Shown in pieces: positions 37,776-48,454 of a stretch of 64,000 bases of DNA. How positions within the stretch are numbered: the stretch's first letter is position 1; every line of letters begins with the position of its first letter. The DNA is from a virus. The stretch covers positions 25,200 to 89,199 of the IMG/VR virus record IMGVR_UViG_3300044979_000004, one strand, 5' to 3'. The notes under the pieces are model-generated. The model had not been told where the DNA came from. It ran no database searches and saw nothing but the letters and a program-made list of their open reading frames with translations. The position numbers and the translations under genes were made by a program.

Positions 37776-38171
37776 GGTGAGTACTCGATCCTCCACGTAG
37801 CCAATAATGCTAGGAACTAGTTTGGTCGGATGGAAGTAATCCCAGGACAGGTATGCGCCGGAGTGCGACATGTCGAATGTGCCGAAAACCTTACTGTCCC
37901 TATCCATAAGAAGCTCTTGCAGATCGGCTTCCGCTGTCTTGTGATGATCCAGCACTGTGATTTTAGTGGCCTTCGATGCCAGTTCCAACATGACCGGCTT
38001 CTTGTAACTGAAGTCCAACATGTATACTTCGCGCCCCGTAACGTCCGGTGGAGGGTTGCCGTGGATGGCCGGGTAGAATTCCCAGTCAGGGTGTGCCAGC
38101 CAACATGCCCAAGCTGCGGTAAACCCGTCCTGGCATGGGCTATGATAGATTACTAGCGGTTTGTTATTCAT
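37752..38171 (-). pseudogene. DHH-family phosphoesterase, C-terminally truncated
   Basis: YH..C.DG, LDFS, LDHH, SGA.L.W motifs; stops just after VEDR and lacks the DHHA1 half. Confidence 0.6.
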
Positions 38172-38436
38172 TTGCCCTCATGTGAACACATTTTGTACTT
38201 ACCATTTACTTCTCCGTTGTTCATGTCGGTAACATGAAATACTTCTCCATGCTGCCCGTTGAATTTTCCGCACTCCGGACACTGGTTGTCCATAAACATT
38301 TTCACAATTCCGGCAGCAAGTGTACGACTTCCGTGCCCGTCAATTGTTATTACAGTGTTTGGATAGCACAAATTGCCCTCATGTTTCAGGACAACTACCG
38401 TTGAATCACTTAGTTCAACAATTTCAGCAGACTTCT

Positions 38437-38832
38437 TTACGCTTGACATGATTTAAATCCCCAATCTCTTACTTTCTTCGTTGTAAACACCAAGGACCAT
38501 GAGGTTCCGTAAGGTGTAATAATGCTGTGCGAGAACTCAGCCGGTCTATACAAAATTGACCCTGGCCTGCGTTTGTAGACCTTGTATTCGTCCTGATCGC
38601 CTACACGTTCCAAATACCCGTTCCACAGCAGAATGGTCAAGAAACTCCAGGGATGATCATGACAGGCCGGATGCCAACATGGAGCATCCAGCCGGTGCAA
38701 GTAAAGATTGCCCCAAGGAGTCTTGAGAAGGGTAAACCTGTAGAAGACTTCTCCCAATTCCTTCCAGCCAATTTCTTTGTACGGAAGAATCTTGCACAAC
38801 AGGGCTAGCATGAATACCCCCTGAATCCCCAC
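38437..38832 (-). CDS. cupin-fold protein
   Basis: LYLH..., HDHPW, GYLE and H.I pattern. Confidence 0.6.
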   Translation of the reverse strand: MGIQGVFMLALLCKILPYKEIGWKELGEVFYRFTLLKTPWGNLYLHRLDAPCWHPACHDHPWSFLTILLWNGYLERVGDQDEYKVYKRRPGSILYRPAEFSHSIITPYGTSWSLVFTTKKVRDWGFKSCQA

Positions 38833-39424
38833 TTCTCACCGCACCTAACACAGCAGTGGTCATAATCCCCATCGTCATCTTCCACCCATTGTGACCATGA
38901 GTGTACGAAATAACATACACTACTGTCCAAAGTTTCGATCACAAATTGGATAAACAGTCTTGGAACCTGAAACAGCCAGCAGTATCTCATTCTGGTAGCC
39001 CCTCGATCTGTTCCAGCAAGTTCGACAACGCTTCGGGAAAGTTCTGGCCATTGGCTTCTAGATCGTTGTAGCGTTGGTCCACTTTGGTGTCGGGGGACAG
39101 CCGAATTGTGTCCCCCTCGTCCTCATAAATATCAATTGATCCCAGGTATCTCATGCGGAAACGTAGCCCTCCATGTTCTTAGCAACAGGAATCTGATCGA
39201 TGATACGAGCCATTTTATACGCCTGCATGTCATCTTTGTATTTAGCCAAAGTGTCTATTGTAAGATGAACCATCTCAAAAGTGATCATGGCTTTGATGAA
39301 CTTCTCTCGTTCTTGAACAGTCAGCCCTTGTTTCTGCATTTTCTCATTGAGCTGGTTAGCAACAGCTTCTACCAGTTCTCCAAATTCTTGAAGATGTGCA
39401 TAACGAGTGCCGATGTCGTCAAGA

Positions 39425-39706
39425 TTAGGCGCTGGCCGGGGAGGTAGGATTTGCGGTGTCTGCTCCATTCGTCTCCTTATCGGGGTTGATCTTGCTGCGC
39501 TTGACCTTGCACTTTTTATTGCATTTGCTGCAACGCCACGTTCCCAAGCCGCACTGACTGTACTCGTTAGCTGCCCGGTCTTCCTCGGACCGCTTGACGG
39601 GAGGCTTCTTACCAGGCTCTCCACAGCAAATGCTTGTGTAGTTGAATGTGATCCTAAGTGCTACCTTTGGGAGTTTCTTCTTTGATTTCAACTTCTTGTT
39701 CTTCAC
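39425..39706 (-). CDS. small basic Zn-finger protein
   Basis: S.CC...C..C...C. Confidence 0.45.
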   Translation of the reverse strand: MKNKKLKSKKKLPKVALRITFNYTSICCGEPGKKPPVKRSEEDRAANEYSQCGLGTWRCSKCNKKCKVKRSKINPDKETNGADTANPTSPASA

Positions 39707-40156
39707 TTTGTTCCTTTCGGTATTACATTAGAACGTGAGTATTAACTCTGTTCCTTTTGGAAGTGGGACTACATCCCAGCACTCTCGTGCTGGGCCTAGC
39801 TGGTCTACAGCCTCGATCCCCACTTGTCCTCCGGGGGTTGAAGGCCAAATGATAAGCCATTTTGCTCCGTTTTCTTCTGTATGTACTACGAGCAGTGTAT
39901 CTTTCCCATCGACCTTGCCAATGGAACCGATGGGCAAGTCTTTGGCCTTGATGTAGCCCGGATTAGTGCTGTTATTGAGTCGTGCCTTCATTTGTCTCCT
40001 TTTAGGTCTTTCGGCAGTTCTGTCCACGTTACGAACCAGATTGCATTATCGTAGCTATCGTTGATCTTCCGATGATGCAATCCGTACTTCTTGATCTTCT
40101 TTTTTACTAAGCCGTCGATGAAGTCTAGAGCATCCTCAATGGATGCCACGAACTCC

Positions 40157-41269
40157 TTAGTCTTTGGATTCGGCTTCATTCTGCTCCTTGCGTAAGCGTT
40201 CGACTTCGGATTTAACCTCCGAGAACAACCCTGAATTAACTCTAAGCTCGTTCACGGCATTTGTCAACCCCTGTCCGATATTTTTCTCTTTAAATTTTAC
40301 CCACGGTCCCGATTGCTTCAAAGCGCCAATTGTAACAGCATACGAAAGGAAGTCGGAGAGGGTGTCGATACCATCTTCATACATTAGATTGATAAACGTC
40401 TCTTTCATCGGCACCCCCATTTTATTCTTCACGGCCTTGACTTTCAAGGTATGTCCCGTAGGTGACTCTTTAGGGCCAATAACGTCTTTCCTTCTAACAT
40501 CTAGACGAAGAGATGCGTAGAACTTCAACGCCTTACCGCCTGTAGTAGTCTCAGGGGAGCCGAATATAACGCCAATCTTTTCCCTCAATTGGTTGATAAA
40601 AATAACGGTAACCTGATTTGCAGATGCCTTGCCAATTAACTTCCTACATGCTTGTGACATTAGCCTGGCTTGCAGCCCCATTGATGCGTCTCCCATTTCT
40701 CCATCTAGCTCAGCACGAGGTACAAGGGCTGCAACAGAGTCTACCACAATTAGACTAACTGCGCAGCTATCGATCAGAGCTTCCACAGTCTCTAAAGCAT
40801 CTTCGCCAGAGGAAGGCTGCGAAATCAACAATTCGTCCACATTTACCCCTAGTTTGGAGGCGTAGGACACATCAATTGCATGTTCGGCATCAACAATGGC
40901 GCACAGATTATTGGTATTCTTTTGCTCTTGTGCTATAATATGTAGGCACAAAGTTGTCTTGCCCGAACTTTCTGGTCCAAAAATTTCAATAATTCGTCCA
41001 CGAGGCATTCCTCCAGAGCCGATAACTCCGTAATCCAAAGTCGGCAAATTGGTTGCAATGCTCGGCACGGGTTTTCCAACCTTACTGCCTAATCTTACTA
41101 TAGAATTGGTAGTGTCCAGTTGTTTGTTAAGGGCCTTTTCTACTGCTTTGAGAGCAGCAAACTTATCTTCCTTCGTTTCAAGAACTTTAGACTTTGTATC
41201 CTTTTTTTCTTGAATAGGTTCTTCTTGTTGTAGAGATGCTGCTAGATCAGCTAGTATGTTTTTTCCCAT
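40157..41269 (-). CDS. recA: RecA recombinase
   Basis: GPESSGKTT, DAEHA, VVDSVAAL, QARLMSQA, GGKALKFYAS. Confidence 0.97.
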   Translation of the reverse strand: MGKNILADLAASLQQEEPIQEKKDTKSKVLETKEDKFAALKAVEKALNKQLDTTNSIVRLGSKVGKPVPSIATNLPTLDYGVIGSGGMPRGRIIEIFGPESSGKTTLCLHIIAQEQKNTNNLCAIVDAEHAIDVSYASKLGVNVDELLISQPSSGEDALETVEALIDSCAVSLIVVDSVAALVPRAELDGEMGDASMGLQARLMSQACRKLIGKASANQVTVIFINQLREKIGVIFGSPETTTGGKALKFYASLRLDVRRKDVIGPKESPTGHTLKVKAVKNKMGVPMKETFINLMYEDGIDTLSDFLSYAVTIGALKQSGPWVKFKEKNIGQGLTNAVNELRVNSGLFSEVKSEVERLRKEQNEAESKD

Positions 41270-41699
41270 TTGCCTCCGTTAAAAGTTCCTGCAATTTTTC
41301 TTGGTATCTGCTCGCTGCTTCTATCTCGGTGTCGAAGACTCCATATTGTTTTCTCTTGCCAAAGAACATTATTCGTACTCGCCACTTACCTAGAGCTTTG
41401 CTAAAATCATAGCCCTTACCGTGACGATGAAGTTTGAAATAGCTGCGTTTGTTTTGATTTTGCTCGGTCTTTGTAGACCATTTGATATTTCCCGGCTCAT
41501 AATTGCCGTCATTGTTTATTCTGTCCAGTGAATGCTTGTCAGAAGGTCTAGTTCCTATTTCTTTTAGAAACTGCGAAAACGAAGCGAAGAGAAATTTGAT
41601 TCCCCTCGCTCCGTAGTCTTTATACCCGACATATTTTGGATTATTGCATCTGCGCCTGGCATCCTTAAATGCACAGTATTCAACTCGTGGCTTCCGCAT
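41247..41699 (-). CDS. HNH endonuclease with an AP2-like domain
   Basis: YGARGI, SLDRINNDGNYEPGN.KW, KWRVRI...G.F.TE.EAA. Confidence 0.85.
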   Translation of the reverse strand: MRKPRVEYCAFKDARRRCNNPKYVGYKDYGARGIKFLFASFSQFLKEIGTRPSDKHSLDRINNDGNYEPGNIKWSTKTEQNQNKRSYFKLHRHGKGYDFSKALGKWRVRIMFFGKRKQYGVFDTEIEAASRYQEKLQELLTEANGKKHTS

Positions 41700-42120
41700 T
41701 ATTCCCCTGTGCTGCTTCCTGTTGTAGCTTGAAGTTAGCCACAGTACTCATGAACTGTAACCAACGCTTGAAGAACTTCGATCCCTGAAGTTGAATGATC
41801 ACATCATCCTGGCCGCTTGTGTGCATCTCGTCAAGCTGTTGGACGATTTCCCCATGGTTGTTGAACCAAGCCCACCAGCAATGCTCACAATTCCTATGCC
41901 GTGGCTGTCGGCTCAGATCGAGCCTGTGCTTGCAAGCGATGACCTTTGGCAGTTGGATGGTCACGTATTGTTTACGTAACTTCCTCATATCCGCTTCGGT
42001 CAGTTCTTTAGGTGCGAGGACTTCTGGAACCTCAGTAACCTCTGCTCCGTCTGCTGGAGCTTCGATTACCTCGTACTCCTTGTCGAGGAGGGCCTGTTCA
42101 GCGTTAGTCAATTCCTGCAT
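41680..42120 (-). CDS. hypothetical protein
   Basis: GGAGG RBS. Confidence 0.55.
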   Translation of the reverse strand: MQELTNAEQALLDKEYEVIEAPADGAEVTEVPEVLAPKELTEADMRKLRKQYVTIQLPKVIACKHRLDLSRQPRHRNCEHCWWAWFNNHGEIVQQLDEMHTSGQDDVIIQLQGSKFFKRWLQFMSTVANFKLQQEAAQGNNAEATS

Positions 42121-42274
42121 AACTAGCCTCCCAGATAATCAATTTGCTCTCAGCTTCAGTTAGTTTAGGCTCTACAAGGCCGTACTTCTGGAGAACCATT
42201 TCTCTCTGAATTTTATTCTTGCAGTCCGCAAGTTCTTCTGTCATGCTATCTTTTACTTCCTTCATGTTTCCTTT

Positions 42275-42688
42275 TCATTTTCTAATTGCTGTAAAGTATT
42301 TAGATACCGGGCTGATTCCCCTCTTGCGGAATAGGCTCCCTATAATTTGTTCTACATTTGCTCGTTCCTGTTGAGTAAATCTTGGTTCTATCTCAAGGAA
42401 GTAAGTGTTAATAAATAGTTGTCCTAGACGTGATCCGATGTCATCCAGCCCATCGCTTACACAGGCATCGACATCAATGAAGAAGTCCAAGGCTGTTGGC
42501 CGAGCAGGGTTAGACGATCCAGGCATCTGATCAATCGTTGATGCCTTTACCCCGCTGCCGTTCTTGAGTCGGCTGTAATGTCCTTGGATGGTATCCGAAC
42601 CATCCTCTGTGTAACTATACGGGTCACCGATAATCTCATCAAATGCCCTCTTATTTCTTGCCTGTCTTTCGCTTTTTGTTAGACCCAC
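42275..42688 (-). CDS. hypothetical protein
   Basis: In-operon ORF. Confidence 0.55.
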   Translation of the reverse strand: MGLTKSERQARNKRAFDEIIGDPYSYTEDGSDTIQGHYSRLKNGSGVKASTIDQMPGSSNPARPTALDFFIDVDACVSDGLDDIGSRLGQLFINTYFLEIEPRFTQQERANVEQIIGSLFRKRGISPVSKYFTAIRK

Positions 42689-43091
42689 CTTTTCCCCTAA
42701 GAGCGTTTATTGCTTTCGCTCTAATTTTTGTTCCAACTCTTCCCGGCACTGTGAACCTATCTTTGGACAGGACACAGCTAAATGGAGGAGCGATTAGATA
42801 GCTAGCGGCATTTCCTAGACTCTTGTAGCTGTCTTGGAAAACAGCTATACCTTTGTTGCATGGCCAGCAGATCAATCCACGAACTAGTCCTGTTGTGTGA
42901 CAGTGATCAACCGATAGTACTAGTCCTTGTCCCTTCTTTCCATGCTTCTTTTTGCAAATTGCACAACATCCTTCTTGGTATTGCAATACTTTGTTATACT
43001 CAGATAGAGTAATGTTGTACTCTCTTTGTAGTCGTAGGTCTTTTGCCCTTTCTCTTTTCTCTTTCAGTGTCATCAATTTTCCAAGAAGCAA
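42651..43091 (-). CDS. endonuclease VII-like nuclease (resolvase or homing nuclease)
   Basis: CAIC, VDHCHTTGLVRGLIC..CN. Confidence 0.85.
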   Translation of the reverse strand: MLLGKLMTLKEKRERAKDLRLQREYNITLSEYNKVLQYQEGCCAICKKKHGKKGQGLVLSVDHCHTTGLVRGLICWPCNKGIAVFQDSYKSLGNAASYLIAPPFSCVLSKDRFTVPGRVGTKIRAKAINALRGKGGSNKKRKTGKK

Positions 43092-43585
43092 CCCAAATCG
43101 ATTAGCTTCAGTTGTGTTTGGTCTGTATCTGGATCAACATAAATTCCCACGTTGCCCGTACAAATATCTGTGCATTCGACTCCGGACCGTGACCCTGACC
43201 ACAGGCTGCTCACCAACGAGTCTAACACTCGGCATGTGTTGTTCGCAAGTACTGACCATTTTAGAGGCTTGCAGTAGTCCATAACAACTATTCCAGAGCG
43301 CCAACTGCAATAGTAAACAGTAGGAAGATAGGGGACCAATGCTGCATACTTCTTGAACGTATTGATCTTCCGGATTGCTTTTAGTTCAGCGATGGCATGG
43401 TCAATACCGTCCAGGCTGTTTTTAGGTATCTTGACCACCAAAGGCAATCCTCGTACTTTATAGACATCGCGGAACGCTCCTTCACCTTTGTCTATCTCTT
43501 TCATGCGGATTCCGAGAGACTGGATTTCTTCTAATGTCATCGGATCGTTGTCAATAAACAGGTCTACTAGATCGTCTACAGTCAT
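43073..43585 (-). CDS. minimal protein-kinase-like protein
   Basis: GEGAFRDVY, VVKIP, helix-C Glu, DICTGNV, IDLG. Confidence 0.7.
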   Translation of the reverse strand: MTVDDLVDLFIDNDPMTLEEIQSLGIRMKEIDKGEGAFRDVYKVRGLPLVVKIPKNSLDGIDHAIAELKAIRKINTFKKYAALVPYLPTVYYCSWRSGIVVMDYCKPLKWSVLANNTCRVLDSLVSSLWSGSRSGVECTDICTGNVGIYVDPDTDQTQLKLIDLGCFLEN

Positions 43586-45600
43586 ACATTGATTTCCCCG
43601 TCAGGCTCAGATGGTGCCGTTGCTTCTAGAGCCTGCTTTAGTGCTGTCAAAGGCATGTTAAGGGCTGTAAGCTGCTTTTCATAGCCGATGGTTGACTTTG
43701 CATCCATTGCAGCTATTTTGCCTTCAGTTAGTTTGTGGACCGTACTTGTGGCCCCATTGAAGTACAGCGTGGTACTGCCGCCCGCACTGTATCGTGATAG
43801 GCTGCAAGTCATTAGCATTTCCGGGGCAAACGATCCTTCAGTCTGAATGAATGCCCCTTGTGTAAGCATGTCCTTAGTTACTTCCCCAACCCTAGACCGA
43901 TTGATAGTCAAGAACACATCTGCGTCCTTCGCTACCTGACTAGCTCCGTCCACACTATCTGACGTTGCCAATCTGTTCTCTCCGATGCGGTGAGGCTGCA
44001 ACAGTATCACGATCTGCACCCCATAGTCCTTACCAATTTTAGTAAGTCTTTTACTGATCTGCGACAAATGTTCGGTTCGATTCTTACCTTTGATAGTGGT
44101 GTCACATAAAAGTTGCAGGTTATCAACCATTATCCATGTTGCCCCGTATCTACGGATGATATCAATGATCAACTTGTAGATGTCTTCTTCAGTAGAATAG
44201 TGAGGATAGCATAGGAGTAAATCCCCCGGTCTATTGGCTGCAATCTCCTTGACTTTAGGTATAGCATCTTTGAACTGCGCCGTCAACCCTTCGGCCTCTT
44301 CTAAGGTCTTTGGCAGGTTGTCTGATATTCCCGATTTGTGGCACACCCAACGACGAGCTTGTTTCGCCCTGGTCATTTCTAGACATACAATGGCCCCTAC
44401 TTCCTGATACTGATCCACCATGTATTCGATCAGGTTCATTCCTACCACACTCTTGCCAGACTTCTCCGGCCCTAGAAGCATGATGCAGTCGCCTTCGTCA
44501 AATTGCACTAGATCGCCAATCAAAGGCCAGATGTATTTCTGACCGGCCCCTTTACCGTCAATCTCCTCAGTAAGCTCATCTAGAGCGTCTACGATGTCCT
44601 TGGTGCCCTCTACATCAAACAGAACGGCATTGGCCTTCAACTCTTGGAACTTCTCCAGCGTCCCGGCTCCGGCAGTAAACCATTCGTTGATGTCCTTGCC
44701 GTTGCGAACCTTGCCATCTTCTGTTGTGACTTCAAACACGGGCAGGACAATCTTCCAGCATTTCTCAATTCCCACTCGGCACGCTAGTTCTTGTGCTGCC
44801 CTCTGTCCAACCTTGTCGTTGTCGTAGAGAATATATACCTTTTCTACCGCGTCCAATTTTGTAACCCATTCCGCCTTCTTTATGTTAGCGCCAGGAACTC
44901 CGCATGTGTTTGAAATGCCTTTATCCACTGCACAAATACAGTCCATCTCTCCCTCGACAAGGATAATCTCGGATACACCTTCCGTAAGTGCTTCGATGTT
45001 AAAAAGAGTTGCATCCCACCCATGCGGGGAATTAAAGTCCTTGGGAATCTTCTTTAGATCGCTAGGATCAGGAAGTGTTCTGTATTTAGCCCAGATACAA
45101 TTTCCGTTCAGGATGTAAGGGATAACAAGTGCTCTTACCTCTCCGGTTGACTTAAAGAAGTGTTTCTCCTTCAAGCCAAGTTTGAATTCTTTAATAGCCT
45201 CAATGGAAATGCCTCGCACGTTGATGAGATAATCCAATGCGTCTGTATCGGCTAGAAGTGCCGTGTGCAGAGCGTCTACATCCGGCAATTGATCTGCCTT
45301 CTTTTCAGAAGAGGCCCAGTCTTTTTGCGATTGAAAGTCTTTACTAACAAGACCTAAGTGCTGTTTCAGTCCGTATAAGTTGGAACTTTTTCCGCAGCGT
45401 TGGCATAAGTGAAGCCCGTCCCTAGCTTTCTGCTCACTGCTTGTGCCATGTATCTCGACATAACAGTGATCGGCTTTGGAACAATATGGACAGGCCCCTA
45501 ATATGATATTTGGTGCTGTTCCTAGTTTCCAAGTCCAGCCTTGTTGAATTATTAGCTGTAATGCTGCGCTTCCTTGCATTTGCTGTGGCACACCTGACAT
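43582..45600 (-). CDS. primase-helicase (Zn finger, TOPRIM and DnaB-like domains)
   Basis: CPYC...CQRC, VEGEMD, YDND..G, GPEKSGKS, VDNLQ. Confidence 0.9.
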   Translation of the reverse strand: MSGVPQQMQGSAALQLIIQQGWTWKLGTAPNIILGACPYCSKADHCYVEIHGTSSEQKARDGLHLCQRCGKSSNLYGLKQHLGLVSKDFQSQKDWASSEKKADQLPDVDALHTALLADTDALDYLINVRGISIEAIKEFKLGLKEKHFFKSTGEVRALVIPYILNGNCIWAKYRTLPDPSDLKKIPKDFNSPHGWDATLFNIEALTEGVSEIILVEGEMDCICAVDKGISNTCGVPGANIKKAEWVTKLDAVEKVYILYDNDKVGQRAAQELACRVGIEKCWKIVLPVFEVTTEDGKVRNGKDINEWFTAGAGTLEKFQELKANAVLFDVEGTKDIVDALDELTEEIDGKGAGQKYIWPLIGDLVQFDEGDCIMLLGPEKSGKSVVGMNLIEYMVDQYQEVGAIVCLEMTRAKQARRWVCHKSGISDNLPKTLEEAEGLTAQFKDAIPKVKEIAANRPGDLLLCYPHYSTEEDIYKLIIDIIRRYGATWIMVDNLQLLCDTTIKGKNRTEHLSQISKRLTKIGKDYGVQIVILLQPHRIGENRLATSDSVDGASQVAKDADVFLTINRSRVGEVTKDMLTQGAFIQTEGSFAPEMLMTCSLSRYSAGGSTTLYFNGATSTVHKLTEGKIAAMDAKSTIGYEKQLTALNMPLTALKQALEATAPSEPDGEINV

Positions 45601-46157
45601 TCAAAGTTCTCCAATTTACTTTTTAGGTCTGAATTTTCTTGTTGCAATTTTACTATCATAGCAGAAAGGTCATTACATCTGCGCTTATTAATGGATTGTT
45701 CTTTTCTAGTAGACCATTTTACATTCCCTATCTCATAGTTCTTGTCAGGGTCTACTCTATCCAAACTCATACCTTCTGGCCTGTTGCCTACTTCTGCTAT
45801 GAACTGCTCAAATGATTCAAATTTAAACTCTATTCCCCTGCCTCCATAATAATCATAACCTACGGATTTAGGATTAGTACACCTTTGTCTAGCATTGGCG
45901 TATGCTCTGTATTCAGGAGTGACACTATCACGCACGTTATACCCATGTATAGTATTCCTCTTTGTTACCATTTCAGAAGATAAACATCCACAGCTTTTAG
46001 TAAACTTACTTCGTAAAGTACTCCCACTTACAATACATTCTGTACCGCAATCGCACATGCAGTTCCATAACACATGTCTATCCGTTCCTCTTCCCGCTAT
46101 GGATATTACATGTAATCTACCAAACTTCTGTCCTGTTAATTCTTTTACTTTGCTCAA
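45552..46157 (-). CDS. HNH-type homing endonuclease
   Basis: LTGQKFGRL, CDCG, SCGC, YGGRGI, SLDR.D...YE.GNVKW. Confidence 0.88.
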   Translation of the reverse strand: MSKVKELTGQKFGRLHVISIAGRGTDRHVLWNCMCDCGTECIVSGSTLRSKFTKSCGCLSSEMVTKRNTIHGYNVRDSVTPEYRAYANARQRCTNPKSVGYDYYGGRGIEFKFESFEQFIAEVGNRPEGMSLDRVDPDKNYEIGNVKWSTRKEQSINKRRCNDLSAMIVKLQQENSDLKSKLENFECQVCHSKCKEAQHYS

Positions 46158-46169
46158 TTAGTTAACTCC

Positions 46170-46198
46170 ATTGTACATCATCTGGCCTAAAAAGTCAA
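46170..46198 (-). promoter_or_regulatory. sigma70 promoter upstream of the HNH and primase-helicase genes
   Basis: TTGACT-17-TACAAT on the - strand. Confidence 0.65.
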
Positions 46199-46295
46199 GG
46201 GCCAACTGTCGTCGGCCCTATTTTGCCTCACACTATATTAGATGCACCAAGAATGAAAAAGTTGGCTATTTATTTTGGGGCTTACGGTACTTTAG

Positions 46296-47495
46296 TTACG
46301 TATTGTCCTTCAACAGGAACGCATTGCTCACTATCTTCATTTGCTTACGGCCAATGCCTCTCGCGTGTCCTTCGATTGCCGTCTTCACAACGACTCCCTC
46401 CCGGATGTTTTTGGCTCCCGGCACTTTAGAGATTCCATCCACATGTTTCTGAACCGCTTCCAAGCTATATGGACCTACAAAGAGCACAGGAACGCTATGA
46501 TCCCAAATGTGGATCACTTCAGGATCAGACTCATCGGCCCATGTTCCATCTGACTTACGAATGTCGAATACAAAGAACTGAGGCTCTTTGCTGCCGTACT
46601 CATACCCAGCTTGAGTGGGACAAACTTCCCCCCACAAGACGTAACCGGGATTAGCCTCGCACCATTTACCGATCCACGGCTGCGTATTTAATACGCGCCT
46701 GAATATGCAGTTCGAATCAGGTGACTTCCACAAGTTCCTACTGCCCGCATACTGCTTCCCATCGAGGTAAATGAAGCGTGCGTTGGACCCGTGAATCTTC
46801 TCCGTGACGATTACCCTCTCGCCTTCCGTGAACGTGTTCGGATGATTCTTCAAAGCCTCTACGTCATAGATCGGGATACCGAGAGCCACAGATTCAGACT
46901 TACCGTCAGTCATGGCTTCTAGTCTGAAGAACTGTCTGACCAGGCGCGTGATGTAATTTACCCATCCACGTAGGCTCTTGGGATAGCCTTTAACCTTGGC
47001 CTTTGGAGCGTGTTCGTTTGAGCCACCAGCTTCGAACTTGACCGCATCGGGGTCATAATGCGTGATGCCTAACAGGTCTGATACGTCTGTTCCTTCAGGA
47101 AAGTCGGACTCAAGTTGTGTAGAATGGTTTCCAGACAACGATCTAAGTTCGAAAAAATCAGTGACAGGAAGTAACAACCCTTCTGACCACTCGCCACGGA
47201 ACTTACGAACGGTAATTCTCCTGCGCTTTTCAGGCACTTGAAAGGTTGTCCCAGGTTCGGTCGGCTCACACATATACTGCGACCAGATAAAAGAGAATGG
47301 CTCAGTCTGAGGAACAACCGAGTCGGGTTGAATGTAAACGCCTAAGTCTCCGACCTTAAACTGACCTTTACGAGATACCACCTGATATTCCCCTACGGGA
47401 ATAATCTCTAGGCTGTCGGCATTGTTATGGGGTAAAACTTCCCGTACGGTAACAATGTTCGCTTGGTGATTAGCTTTCTTGATTGTATTTGTCAT
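46296..47495 (-). CDS. RNA ligase, DRB0094/Rnl5-like with an N-terminal OB fold
   Basis: H.NAD.LE OB domain, TEKIHGSN, GEV, FDI, REGVV, K.VS..FL. Confidence 0.88.
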   Translation of the reverse strand: MTNTIKKANHQANIVTVREVLPHNNADSLEIIPVGEYQVVSRKGQFKVGDLGVYIQPDSVVPQTEPFSFIWSQYMCEPTEPGTTFQVPEKRRRITVRKFRGEWSEGLLLPVTDFFELRSLSGNHSTQLESDFPEGTDVSDLLGITHYDPDAVKFEAGGSNEHAPKAKVKGYPKSLRGWVNYITRLVRQFFRLEAMTDGKSESVALGIPIYDVEALKNHPNTFTEGERVIVTEKIHGSNARFIYLDGKQYAGSRNLWKSPDSNCIFRRVLNTQPWIGKWCEANPGYVLWGEVCPTQAGYEYGSKEPQFFVFDIRKSDGTWADESDPEVIHIWDHSVPVLFVGPYSLEAVQKHVDGISKVPGAKNIREGVVVKTAIEGHARGIGRKQMKIVSNAFLLKDNT

Positions 47496-47829
47496 ATCTC
47501 TCTTTCAGTAACTTGTATCGTCTTGCAACATGACTGTTACGTAACAGCTTTTTTCTATCAGCATTGTACACTGTCAGCAGTCCATCCGTATAATCTTTTG
47601 GCCAGAACTGATCGCTCGTTAGGTCAACTATCTTATGATCGATGACATTGTAGAAGTGCCTAGCCTTACCAACAAAACATCCCTTTAACTCGCCACCGAG
47701 GATATCTTGCACAAGAAGGGCAGTTGGAACGCACTGCCCGAACGATTTGTTATCCCGATGCGTCTGTCCTTTGTATGCCGTGTCCATGCACCAGGCATTA
47801 TGGAGCGCTGTTTTATTGAGGTTATCCAT
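47470..47829 (-). CDS. YunG-like protein
   Basis: GQC..TAL.VQD.LGG, HFYN, DLT..QF. Confidence 0.7.
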   Translation of the reverse strand: MDNLNKTALHNAWCMDTAYKGQTHRDNKSFGQCVPTALLVQDILGGELKGCFVGKARHFYNVIDHKIVDLTSDQFWPKDYTDGLLTVYNADRKKLLRNSHVARRYKLLKERYDKYNQES

Positions 47830-48210
47830 TCTTTCCTTCCCAATAAAAGGTATCTTGATCTATTTGATACGCGGACCCCGACATAACCGCTACTGACTTC
47901 CCAGTTAATATGGCAGGTTGGCCGCTCCAATTTCTAAGGGCTTGCCAGAACCTTTCATGAGGATGGTTAATACAGTATCTCACGAATGATGCTAGTACAG
48001 GATCAGATTTAATCATACTTCCTTCCAAATTTCATGCTTACAGATTGGACACGACACTATCAAAAAGGAGTCGTTTATACAACATGCAGTTTGTCCTGTG
48101 AATATCCTCGCTTCGCCCACTGAAAACTCTACTTCTGTGCGGCATAAAGTACACGCTGCCACGTGCTTAATTGTCTCAGGAAGTTTACCTACTTTGATAA
48201 CTCTCATGTA

Positions 48211-48450
48211 TTACCTATCTCCCTCGTGAAGTGCGCTTTGCCCCAAGTCCTTGTTTAACTTGTCGCAAAGAACTGTAGCCTCGGCCAACGGCTCTGACTT
48301 GCTTATCTGTGTGGGAGAGCCTGTATAGTCGTTAACATACACAGCATAGCCAATATTAGTTGATTTAATGTAGAAGTAGCCCCTAGCCGGATCAACTCCA
48401 CATCCTGTCAGCATGATTACCAAAATGATTGCTGCGATTAGTTTCTTCAT
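48211..48450 (-). CDS. small lipoprotein
   Basis: MKK, hydrophobic core, LTGC lipobox. Confidence 0.7.
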   Translation of the reverse strand: MKKLIAAIILVIMLTGCGVDPARGYFYIKSTNIGYAVYVNDYTGSPTQISKSEPLAEATVLCDKLNKDLGQSALHEGDR

Positions 48451-48454
48451 GTCG

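Noticed and set aside
35511-45600. Inteins in NrdJ, RecA or the primase-helicase
   Set aside because: Protein lengths are normal and no intein terminal motifs or inserted endonuclease domains were seen.
46228-46244. NrdR box
   Set aside because: Single imperfect match far from nrdJ.
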